Origin: Candidatus Cloacimonadales bacterium
GTDB taxonomy: Bacteria; Cloacimonadota; Cloacimonadia; Cloacimonadales; JAFGVF01
Length of the DNA: 64,000 nt
Direction: 5' to 3'
Assembly (NCBI GenBank): GCA_963667035.1
Contig: OY762964.1
Coordinates: 2,080,001-2,144,000, forward strand
The position numbers were made by a program, and so were the translations under genes. Numbering within the stretch: the first letter of the stretch is position 1; each line of letters opens with the position of its first letter. This document shows, one piece after another, positions 51,172-60,198 of the stretch. The notes beneath the pieces are model-generated. The model made no database searches, was not told the origin of the DNA, and saw only the letters and a list, made by a program, of their open reading frames with translations.

Positions 51172-53127
51172 CTATATCTCAACTTGCATAGGATGGTAAT
51201 ATCTGTATCCATCATCCCAATATTCTTGTTTCATCTGCTCAAGTAAATAGGAATCGAATAAAGTAAAATCAGATAGCATGTCCCCTTTCTTGAGAAAATC
51301 AAAGATATAGGACTGAAGTTCACCTTTGAAGAATAAGCCAAATCCAGCTGACAAAAGCTGCTCTATATGTAGAGGTTCAAACTCTGTCACTATCAAGTAT
51401 ACTTCAGCATACTCACTTAATAGTACGAAGTTTCTATCAGTCATATATTTTTCAGGAAGAACAAGGGTAAGAATAGTTGATATTTGCCTGTCCTGTTCAG
51501 AGAAAGGTGAAGCATCAAGGTTAACATAGTGATTTAAGTTTATTTCAAGGGCTGAAGTTAGTTTTATTAGAAAGTCAGGATCAAAGAGCTCTTCTGCTTC
51601 CAAAATTATTTCAAAGCAATTGTTGGGTAAATTCGCAGTAAGCTTCTGCATTGATTTGATTATCTCTTCCATGTAATCATATACCGATTTGACTCGAAAA
51701 TGAATTGCACCACTTTCCGCAAGTTCAAAAATATGTTGCTCCAAAGGATGAGAAAAATTCTCAACAAGAAGTTTATGAACAGGATATACTTCACCATCAA
51801 AGAAGACATTATCCTCTTTTATTCCAATAAAATCGGTAGATAAAAAAGCCGGTGGAAGCGGATCAAAATTAATATCAAATCTATCTTCTGCATATTGAAA
51901 TGCCATTCTCATCTCTTTCTTAGAGAAATCCGGAGTTTTTTGAATATAATAGGGAGCTTTAGCCATATACTCAAGTCCTAATTCTCCGGCTCTGAAAGAA
52001 AAGTCTGTTCCTGATAGTACTGACATTTGAAACACCTGGATATTGGAATCTAATTCTGATTCGGTCACATAATCACATGATTTCATAAAATCATCCAAAG
52101 TATCCCCGGGTAAACCAACTATCAAATCGATCTTACAATCAATACCACCTTTTAGCATCTTACGTGTGTTCTCGGTTAGCATTTTAAGATTCTGGGTTCT
52201 ATTCATCAATTTTAAAGCCTTAGGATTAGTACTTTGAAGTCCTATTTCTATACCTCTGAAATTAAGCTCAATTAATCGTTCAATCTGATTATCAGTTAAT
52301 AAGTCGGCTCTAATCTCTGTATGTATTTCAAGTTTGTTATCCGGGTTTTCCTCTTGAATAATGTCCAAGATTCTATCAAAATCAGGTTGAACATTGAATG
52401 AAGGGTCAAGTAAAAAGACTTCTTGTAAATCAAGCTCTCTAGCCTTACGAATTAAAGCTCGGATGTAATTCTCGGGCATCTGGACTACATTATTATATAA
52501 CTTATTGTAATAGCAGAAACTACATCTGAAAGGACAACCTCGAACTGTTTCAAAGAAAAGAGTTATATCGGGCTTCGTTTCAATCAAATTCAGAATATAA
52601 GGATTCTCCTCAATAGTTAAAGGAGGTCGACAAGCAGTAATCTTGTTGATTATTGTCTTTCCTTCTCTCTTATAAATCAAACCTGAAATCTCTTTATAAT
52701 CCTTACCATTTAAGAAATCGACAAAGGGTATCTCCCCTTCTCCGCTAATTCCGACTTCAAATGATTCATGGTTGAGTAGATTAGTATTATCCGAGTTAAC
52801 TTCGGGACCACCAAACAAGAACTTCATTGATGGGAAAATCTTATGAATTTCTGATACAATATAGAGGGTTTTATCCACATTCCATAGATATGTAGAAAAG
52901 CATACCAAGTCAACATTAGATGAGCATATATAGCTAATAACTGCTCTATTGTTAAGACTATCCGTATACACTCTAGGCATAATTTCAAACTCCCAATCCA
53001 AGCAGCGCTTCTTTGCGTATGCAACAAGATAACCGGGAGCCAAGTGTATGTTTGCCTTAAACTCTAACGGATTAAGACGAGGTATTGCCAATTGTACCAT
53101 TAATGCTTTCTTCATAATCTTCTCCAT
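51172..53127 (-). CDS. B12-binding domain radical SAM protein
   Basis: FSTYLWN, GGPEV, GEGE; RGCPFRCSFC (CxxxCxxC); EIGLQS; GLPGD. Confidence 0.92.
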   Translation of the reverse strand: MEKIMKKALMVQLAIPRLNPLEFKANIHLAPGYLVAYAKKRCLDWEFEIMPRVYTDSLNNRAVISYICSSNVDLVCFSTYLWNVDKTLYIVSEIHKIFPSMKFLFGGPEVNSDNTNLLNHESFEVGISGEGEIPFVDFLNGKDYKEISGLIYKREGKTIINKITACRPPLTIEENPYILNLIETKPDITLFFETVRGCPFRCSFCYYNKLYNNVVQMPENYIRALIRKARELDLQEVFLLDPSFNVQPDFDRILDIIQEENPDNKLEIHTEIRADLLTDNQIERLIELNFRGIEIGLQSTNPKALKLMNRTQNLKMLTENTRKMLKGGIDCKIDLIVGLPGDTLDDFMKSCDYVTESELDSNIQVFQMSVLSGTDFSFRAGELGLEYMAKAPYYIQKTPDFSKKEMRMAFQYAEDRFDINFDPLPPAFLSTDFIGIKEDNVFFDGEVYPVHKLLVENFSHPLEQHIFELAESGAIHFRVKSVYDYMEEIIKSMQKLTANLPNNCFEIILEAEELFDPDFLIKLTSALEINLNHYVNLDASPFSEQDRQISTILTLVLPEKYMTDRNFVLLSEYAEVYLIVTEFEPLHIEQLLSAGFGLFFKGELQSYIFDFLKKGDMLSDFTLFDSYLLEQMKQEYWDDGYRYYHPMQVEI

Positions 53128-53268
53128 TCCATGATGACTCAGTTTCTCGTGATAAACCGATGGGTCAAGTATATTGTTAGCTTATATATTTAGTCTTAGT
53201 GGATTCTCCATATCCAATAGATAGTTATACTCTATATTGAGGTAGGTAAAGAAAAGCTAGTCGCTTTA

Positions 53269-53295
53269 TTAGCAGACTTTATTCATAACTGCTAA
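53269..53295. promoter_or_regulatory. CIRCE-like (HrcA) operator upstream of htpG
   Basis: TTAGCAGAC-N9-AACTGCTAA vs TTAGCACTC-N9-GAGTGCTAA; just upstream of TTGACA (53304). Confidence 0.75.
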
Positions 53296-53364
53296 TTTTT
53301 TTGTTGACAAGATTTCCAGGTGCTATCATATAGGTACAGAATTCATTAAATAAGGAGTTTGAAG

Positions 53365-55368
53365 ATGGCTGAAAAGTTAGAAAAGGGTCAACTTTCGATC
53401 CATACTGAGAATATCTTTCCTATAATAAAGAAATGGCTCTATTCCGAGCATGATATTTTCCTTAGGGAACTTGTATCTAATGCAGTAGATGCAATGAACA
53501 AACGCAAATTAGAAGATGAATCTCTTGAAATTAATGATGATTACAAACTCGAAGTAGTACTTGATAAAAAGAAAAAGACTATTCAGGTCATTGATAAAGG
53601 TATTGGAATGACAGAGGAAGAGATTGAAAAATACATCAATCAAATTGCATTTTCCGGTGCTGAAGATTTCATTGAAAAGTATAAAGACAAGCAAAGCAAT
53701 ATAATTGGTCATTTCGGTCTAGGATTCTATTCTTCCTTTATGGTTGCCGAGAAAGTCACTATTGATTCACTTTCTTGGCAAAAAGATGCAAAACCTGCTT
53801 ATTGGGAATGTGATGGTTCGACCAACTATTCTGTTGGTGAAGGTAGTCGAACAAAAGTCGGTACGACTATAACAATCTATGTGAATAAAGATAATAAGCA
53901 CTATCTAGAAGAAGATAAGATAAAAGAAATCCTTAAAAAGTATTGCAATTTCATGCCATTTCCAATTCAGTTCGGGGAAGAAATTGTTAATCAAATGGAA
54001 GCAATTTGGAATCGTAAACCCAAAGACGTTACGGAAGAAGAATATAAGGAATTCTACAAACAATTCTTTGGAGAATGGACAGATCCTCTTTTCTGGATTC
54101 ATCTAAATGTAGACTACCCACATAGAGTAAAAGGTATACTTTACTTTCCACAAGTTAAGAATGAGTTTGATGTAAATAAGGGGCAGGTTAAACTATTCTG
54201 TAACAATGTCTTTGTTGCAGACAACCTAAAAGACCTCTTACCTGAGTTCTTGCTATTACTTAAAGGAGGTATTGATATACCGGATATACCTCTTAATGTC
54301 TCAAGAAGTTTCTTACAGAACGACCAGATGGTCCAAAAGATCTCTCAGTATATAGTCAAGAAAGTAGGAGATCATTTCAAGAAAACTTTCACAAAGGAAC
54401 GAGACAAGTATGAAGGCTATTGGGATGATATCAGTAACTTTATTAAATATGGCTTACTAACAAACGATAAATTTTATGATGCACTTAAAGACCAGATTAT
54501 CTACAAAACTATGAATGATGATCATGTTACAATTGAAGAGTATTTAAATCGATATCGTTCAGAAGAAAAGCCACACAAGATATACTACACTAATAGTAAG
54601 GACACTCAAGTAACATATCAAAAACTGTTAAAAGACCAAGGTATTGAAGTTATCATTGCTGACTCAGTAATTGATAGTCATCTATTCCAACAGATTGAAA
54701 TGAAGAATACTGAGGTCAGATTTGTTAGAGTAGACTCGGAGCTGAATGATACGCTTGTCGATGATGCCCAAGACGATGAAGTCGATGAGAATGGAATTGC
54801 TTTCTCTGATAAGATAAAAGAGATATTCAACAAAGCATTAAATTCTAACATTGAAGCAAGCTTTGGGAAAGAGCCATTTGAAGAACTTATCAAAAAATAC
54901 CCTCAAGCAACAGAAATCCTTTCAAAATACTCCAGAACAGAAGGAGATCAGACGTTGATTCGTCCTTATAACATCCCGGTAAAGGCAAGAAAGGAAATGG
55001 GTAATGATGCTTTTAATGAGATTTTTAGCCATATTTACACCGATACTAAAGTTGAAGTAAAGAATTTGAAATCTGAAGATATCCCGGCTATGGTAATGTT
55101 TGAAGAATTCATGCGTAGATTCCAAGAAATGAATGCTATGATGAGTCATGGTGATGCAGATATGTTGAAAATGCATACAATAGCTGTTAACAAGAATAAT
55201 TCGACTGTTAAGAAAGTCGTTAAATTCTATGATGAAGGCAAATATGATGAAGCTAAGTTGTTAGTTAATTTTGTGCATGAACTTGCCTTGTTAGAACAGA
55301 AGCGTTTCTCCGGTGCTGAATTGCAAAGCTTCGTTACTAAAGCTAACGACATACTCAAGCTGCTCTAA
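53365..55368 (+). CDS. htpG: Molecular chaperone HtpG (Hsp90)
   Basis: FLRELVSNAVDA, D.GIGMT, IGHFGLGFYSSFMVA, PLNVSRS. Confidence 0.97.
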   Translation: MAEKLEKGQLSIHTENIFPIIKKWLYSEHDIFLRELVSNAVDAMNKRKLEDESLEINDDYKLEVVLDKKKKTIQVIDKGIGMTEEEIEKYINQIAFSGAEDFIEKYKDKQSNIIGHFGLGFYSSFMVAEKVTIDSLSWQKDAKPAYWECDGSTNYSVGEGSRTKVGTTITIYVNKDNKHYLEEDKIKEILKKYCNFMPFPIQFGEEIVNQMEAIWNRKPKDVTEEEYKEFYKQFFGEWTDPLFWIHLNVDYPHRVKGILYFPQVKNEFDVNKGQVKLFCNNVFVADNLKDLLPEFLLLLKGGIDIPDIPLNVSRSFLQNDQMVQKISQYIVKKVGDHFKKTFTKERDKYEGYWDDISNFIKYGLLTNDKFYDALKDQIIYKTMNDDHVTIEEYLNRYRSEEKPHKIYYTNSKDTQVTYQKLLKDQGIEVIIADSVIDSHLFQQIEMKNTEVRFVRVDSELNDTLVDDAQDDEVDENGIAFSDKIKEIFNKALNSNIEASFGKEPFEELIKKYPQATEILSKYSRTEGDQTLIRPYNIPVKARKEMGNDAFNEIFSHIYTDTKVEVKNLKSEDIPAMVMFEEFMRRFQEMNAMMSHGDADMLKMHTIAVNKNNSTVKKVVKFYDEGKYDEAKLLVNFVHELALLEQKRFSGAELQSFVTKANDILKLL

Positions 55369-55391
55369 GAAGCAGAGAATATAGATACTTG

Positions 55392-55417
55392 AGCCACAGG
55401 TGCACCTGTGGCTTTTT
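55392..55417 (+). terminator. Rho-independent terminator after htpG
   Basis: AGCCACAGG-TGCA-CCTGTGGCT-TTTT. Confidence 0.9.
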
Positions 55418-55427
55418 GCTTATGAAG

Positions 55428-55859
55428 TTATTTATCTTGAGTTTGAATCAATTGGTCATTTAAAGTAATAATGCCATTAGCTGCAATTGCAACAACCGGT
55501 AGAAATGTACATTCCTGATCAGAAACAGCATTCAGTGAGTCAGGCATGCATTGAAGATTCTTCTTTTCACTCATAACCCATTCATACATATCAAGAACAC
55601 TACTTATTCCAAAACTTCTACACCTTGATACAATTGGATGCTCATTGTGAAGGACCTTGTAACCCTTAGTTCGTAAGTATTCAATAAACTGTTTTCTTAA
55701 CTCCATTGGTTCATTCGAACTCTTGTAAAGCTGCTTATGAATCAATTCACTCTTATCAATGAAATAATCGCAAAACAAACGAGTTAGTCGTGGAACCAGT
55801 TCAGCCAAACCGCATTCTTTATCTACATCAACTATTGAATCAAGTCTATTGACTTTCAT
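55428..55859 (-). CDS. Hypothetical protein
   Basis: 143-aa ORF with GAGG SD, filling the gap; no recognised motif. Confidence 0.55.
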   Translation of the reverse strand: MKVNRLDSIVDVDKECGLAELVPRLTRLFCDYFIDKSELIHKQLYKSSNEPMELRKQFIEYLRTKGYKVLHNEHPIVSRCRSFGISSVLDMYEWVMSEKKNLQCMPDSLNAVSDQECTFLPVVAIAANGIITLNDQLIQTQDK

Positions 55860-56109
55860 AGAAAACCTCTCTTCTAATATTTCATATGCAAAAGTATAGG
55901 ATAATGTACAAATATATTAAAATAAAGGTTGACTAGCAAGAATATTTTATTTGACTCAATAATATCTACCCTTGATATTTATGTGGAGGTAATATTTATT
56001 CTGAAACTTAATTAGAGTTATGTCTGTGGATTTTTAAAGAATGCTAAGTCGATATTAACATATTGACAAATAAGTTATTATAAAATTTAGTTTTTATAAA
56101 GGAGAGGTT

Positions 56110-56712
56110 ATGAAGAGATTTTTTTTAATAATGCTAACAATACTTACAATGTTCCCACTTTTTTCTAAATCTATTTTAAATAGAGATGCAGTATTTGCTG
56201 ATGTAAGTGTAGGTTTCAGTAGATTAATTTATGGAGTAAATTATTTTGATAGTCATTACAGTGCTGTTGTACGAAGTACTGTTGCACAAAGTGCTTGGAC
56301 CGGTAGTATTAAAGTCGGGGAAAAAATTAGTGACGAGCTTGATGTATATTTATTCTATACTACAAATACATTCAGTGTTAAGAGAGCAAATAACAAAGAC
56401 AAGCGATTGAATAGCGATTTAACAGGGCTAGGAGCCAAATATTACATCACAACAAACAAGAATGATACATTCTTTATTAATCTTGGGATGGGATACTCTA
56501 CTTTCGATTCTTTATTTGATTCCAATACTGATAATTCCACAGGAGTTGGATATGAAATAGGTATTGGACATATTCTTAATGATAAGTTTAGTGTTTCACT
56601 TAACCACTTCTCTACTTCAAACAGTTTATACAATATTGAATATACAATAAACACCGTTACCTTTGTTGCATCATATCGTATATGTAAACAAAAAGCTACC
56701 TCACAGAGATAA
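56110..56712 (+). CDS. Outer-membrane beta-barrel protein
   Basis: Signal peptide; alternating beta-strand pattern (GLGAKYY, NLGMGYS, GYEIGIG); SD GGAGAGG. Confidence 0.75.
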   Translation: MKRFFLIMLTILTMFPLFSKSILNRDAVFADVSVGFSRLIYGVNYFDSHYSAVVRSTVAQSAWTGSIKVGEKISDELDVYLFYTTNTFSVKRANNKDKRLNSDLTGLGAKYYITTNKNDTFFINLGMGYSTFDSLFDSNTDNSTGVGYEIGIGHILNDKFSVSLNHFSTSNSLYNIEYTINTVTFVASYRICKQKATSQR

Positions 56713-56747
56713 ATACTTAGTAAGGTAGCTAAAAAGGAGGCTATATA

Positions 56748-58130
56748 TTATAAGTGAATATTCTTGATGAACTGTTCAACTTCAGGAGTACCTCCTTGGA
56801 AAACTAAATATCCATTATAAGGTTCTCCCTCAGTAATTTCACCATTTACAGGTGTTAACATCAGTCTGCGAACTTCTTCCGGATCATCAGTTTGACCAAG
56901 TACCCAGCCAAGTTTAATATATGCAACTTCAGGAAGCATGTTCTCAGCAGGAATAATACCCTTTGCCATAAGATCGCGTCCGGTATCATAAACAAACATG
57001 TGCACATAACCCCATAGAGTTTGTACTGTCATAAAGATATGTACACCTTTCTTTACAGCTCTCTCAATTGCAGGATATAGAGGTTTATTAACATGACCTA
57101 GTCCTGTTCCTGCAATGATGATACCTTTATAGCCATTATCAACCATTGAGTCTATCATATCAGGTTGCATATTGGGATAGTAATAAATCATTCCGACTTT
57201 TTCTTCAAAGAATGGTTTAATAGTTACATTTCTATCACTTCTACGTTTATTGTACTTCTGTTTAATTGGTTTTATCTCTCTTCTATTTATTGTTGCAAGA
57301 GGGACATCTCCAATTGTACGAAAAGTAGATCTGAAAGATGAATGCATTTTGCGGACCCTTGTTCCTCTATGTAGAAGCCCATATTCATCAGAAGTCGGCC
57401 CGAACATACATATCATTACTTCCGCGATATCTGATTCTCCAGCGGCTTTTGCTGCATGAATAAGATTTAACGCGGCATCTGATGAAGGTCTATCAGAAGA
57501 ACGCTGAGAACCAACCAATACTATTGGTATCGGTGAATTCTGTACCATAAAAGTTATTGCAGCAGCTGTATGATGAAGAGTATCTGTTCCATGTCCAATC
57601 ATAATGCCGTCTACACCATTCTCAATCTCTTTACCAATTGCTATCGCCAATTCTTTGTATTGTTCAGGTCCCATATTCTCACTGAAAACAGCAAACAGTT
57701 TTTCAGTTTTTAAATTACAAACATCTGCTAACTCAGGAACGGCACCATACAATTCTCCCGGAGAAAAGGCAGGGATAACTGCTCCGGTTCTATAGTCCAA
57801 TCTGGAAGCAATTGTACCACCCGTTCCAAATAATTTTAGATTTGGCTTACCCTCAGTATATGGAAATTCCTTTTCCGGAATTTTGTAATTAGCTTTTTTA
57901 TAACCAATCTCTTTCATTTCAGTAATTGTGGATATATCAATACCTACATTGTAACCTGTAATAAGCTTTAAGACTATGTGTCTATCATCATCATTCTCTG
58001 CTCTTGGAAGTATGATACCTTTAAATGTACCGCGAGTAGTTAGAACTTCAGTATCACCCCAGACACGGACCTTAAACTTCTCAAGAAGCTCACGACTCTG
58101 GCCTTTATATCCTTGTGTATTTTCGTTCAT
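56748..58130 (-). CDS. gatD: Glu-tRNA(Gln) amidotransferase subunit D
   Basis: GatD N-domain (IVLKL.TGYNVG), TGGTIASRLDYRTGAV, HGTDT, GSQRSSDRPSSDA, RVRKMHSS.R; start ATG 58130 coupled to gatE stop (TAATG). Confidence 0.93.
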   Translation of the reverse strand: MNENTQGYKGQSRELLEKFKVRVWGDTEVLTTRGTFKGIILPRAENDDDRHIVLKLITGYNVGIDISTITEMKEIGYKKANYKIPEKEFPYTEGKPNLKLFGTGGTIASRLDYRTGAVIPAFSPGELYGAVPELADVCNLKTEKLFAVFSENMGPEQYKELAIAIGKEIENGVDGIMIGHGTDTLHHTAAAITFMVQNSPIPIVLVGSQRSSDRPSSDAALNLIHAAKAAGESDIAEVMICMFGPTSDEYGLLHRGTRVRKMHSSFRSTFRTIGDVPLATINRREIKPIKQKYNKRRSDRNVTIKPFFEEKVGMIYYYPNMQPDMIDSMVDNGYKGIIIAGTGLGHVNKPLYPAIERAVKKGVHIFMTVQTLWGYVHMFVYDTGRDLMAKGIIPAENMLPEVAYIKLGWVLGQTDDPEEVRRLMLTPVNGEITEGEPYNGYLVFQGGTPEVEQFIKNIHL

Positions 58131-60109
58131 TATTCCTCCTCTCTTCCTGTGAGAATAGCTAGCACAGATTCTGAAACTGCTTCTAATGGTACACAACCTA
58201 TAACTTTTAGTCTAAGTTTCCCCATAATTACCTTAACTTTACTTTCCACATCATCATTTCTGATTGTATCTTTAAGCTTCTTAATCTCTTCTCTAATCAA
58301 CTCATCAACAGCATCAGGATGAACTATGTTTAAACCTGCACATACAGCACATGTCTCAATATCTGAATTGGGATTCAAATATACATGTTTCAATAACTCA
58401 TATGCATACTCAATATTAATACTATTTTTAGAGATAAACTCAAACATAGCTAAGATATTTTCGAGGTTGATTATACCATCATGCTTTCTTTCTAATTCCT
58501 TCAAACGATGTGAGAGGAGAACAATAATCTTAACCGGTTCAATATCATATCTTTCAGCAATAAGTTCTACCCAGCTAACAAGATTGTTTCTTAACAGATA
58601 ATCATAAGTATCTTCCGGTGCATTCCATTCTTGAAGAAGAGAGATTTGTTCTTGAAGGAATTTAGGCATCTTATCCTTAATACTATTAATAAGACTTTCT
58701 TCAATTGGAATTGGGGCAGAATCGGTATCAGGATACATTCTATCAGCACCAGGTAACACTCTTTCAAAGATTGTAGTTCCATCTTCGAATGACTTTCTGG
58801 TTTCTTTCGGTACACCTTCAAAAGCCATTAAGCATCTTTCTTTGATTGTTTCTAAGGCTGTCTGTACATCTTCTTCAGGAGCAAAGAATACTACTTGGGC
58901 ATCATTTTCTTTTGCTTTTAGTAGTTTTGCAATGTTAGCATAATCATTTACATTCATAATCTGATTTAAGTCCTCAGAATGAGTCATGTTGGGTTGATTC
59001 AAGCAAGCAACCACTCTAAGTCTTTGACTTATCTCATTTCCAAAACACTGTCCCGGTTGAGTAAACCAGCTAAGTAGTCCTTTGAAATTAGGAAGATTCA
59101 CGGCTACGATTTGCTTACCTTCTAAACAATAACAATCAGATAGCTTAGATTGAATAGTATCCGGAGATATAATCATTGATGATAAATCCCATTCATCGGC
59201 ATTCAATTCTCTTTTATGTAATTCTTCACTCAATAAAACTAGACTTCTTTGTCTAAAAGCTTCATTATGTGTAAGCTCCGGAATCCAACTGATATGTGCA
59301 ACACCTTTAATTTCTATTCTAGTACCACCGGTAGCACTTACATTAACATCTTCTCTACCGGCTCCTATACCTTTTCTTACTTTACCTGTACTTCTTGTAA
59401 GATAACGAATATACTCAGCAGTTTCCTTAACCTCATCAGGTTCTTTCATATCAGGATATGTTACTACTTCAATTAGTGGAACACCTAGCCTGTCAGTAGT
59501 ATAAATTCTTCTATGTCCAATATCTGAGACTTCTCTACAAGAATCTTCTTCTATACTTAACTGAATGATTCCAACTTTACGTCCTTTTGGGTAAATCTCA
59601 CCTTCAATACCGACAATTCCGGTTCTTTGAAAACCTGTAGGAATACTACCATCAAGATATTGCTTTCGGATTATATGGAACTCTCCCACGATGTTCTGTT
59701 TAAGTAGTAGAGATATCTCAAGGGCTATTGCCAGAGCTTCTCTATTAACAGGGAAAGGAGGAGTATCATCCAGCTCGTATGTACAAGTAGTAACATTTTT
59801 GATTCGATAAACTATTTCTTTTTTAGTTTTAAACTCCATTAACGCAGTTCCGTCGTATTCTCCCAATTCACTAAGGGTTGGGCGCATATGACGAACTATC
59901 TCTGTATCAAAATCTTCGAAATCCTGATATATACCAACAGGACAACGACAGAATAACTTCTTCTTTGAATCCAATTGTTGGTGTACTTCTAAACCACTCA
60001 TAAAACCAATATCTTCATATGTCTTACGAGTTGCTTGACTGCGTGGAACCCAACCACATAAGTCTCGGGTCCTCTGATAGTTTTCCTGAGGATTAAGGTT
60101 ATTTCTCAT
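58130..60109 (-). CDS. gatE: Glu-tRNA(Gln) amidotransferase subunit E
   Basis: GLEVHQQL..KKLFC, RPTLSELGE.D, RKQYLDGS..TGFQRT, IEEDS, RIEIKGV, GAD-like insert, LPGADRMYPDTD. Confidence 0.93.
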   Translation of the reverse strand: MRNNLNPQENYQRTRDLCGWVPRSQATRKTYEDIGFMSGLEVHQQLDSKKKLFCRCPVGIYQDFEDFDTEIVRHMRPTLSELGEYDGTALMEFKTKKEIVYRIKNVTTCTYELDDTPPFPVNREALAIALEISLLLKQNIVGEFHIIRKQYLDGSIPTGFQRTGIVGIEGEIYPKGRKVGIIQLSIEEDSCREVSDIGHRRIYTTDRLGVPLIEVVTYPDMKEPDEVKETAEYIRYLTRSTGKVRKGIGAGREDVNVSATGGTRIEIKGVAHISWIPELTHNEAFRQRSLVLLSEELHKRELNADEWDLSSMIISPDTIQSKLSDCYCLEGKQIVAVNLPNFKGLLSWFTQPGQCFGNEISQRLRVVACLNQPNMTHSEDLNQIMNVNDYANIAKLLKAKENDAQVVFFAPEEDVQTALETIKERCLMAFEGVPKETRKSFEDGTTIFERVLPGADRMYPDTDSAPIPIEESLINSIKDKMPKFLQEQISLLQEWNAPEDTYDYLLRNNLVSWVELIAERYDIEPVKIIVLLSHRLKELERKHDGIINLENILAMFEFISKNSINIEYAYELLKHVYLNPNSDIETCAVCAGLNIVHPDAVDELIREEIKKLKDTIRNDDVESKVKVIMGKLRLKVIGCVPLEAVSESVLAILTGREEE

Positions 60110-60198
60110 TGCTTCCTCTATATATTTTTTATATTGTAATATCAAAAAGGAGAGATTCCCACTGAATCAATTTTACCTACCGAACAAAGCACTTTTAG

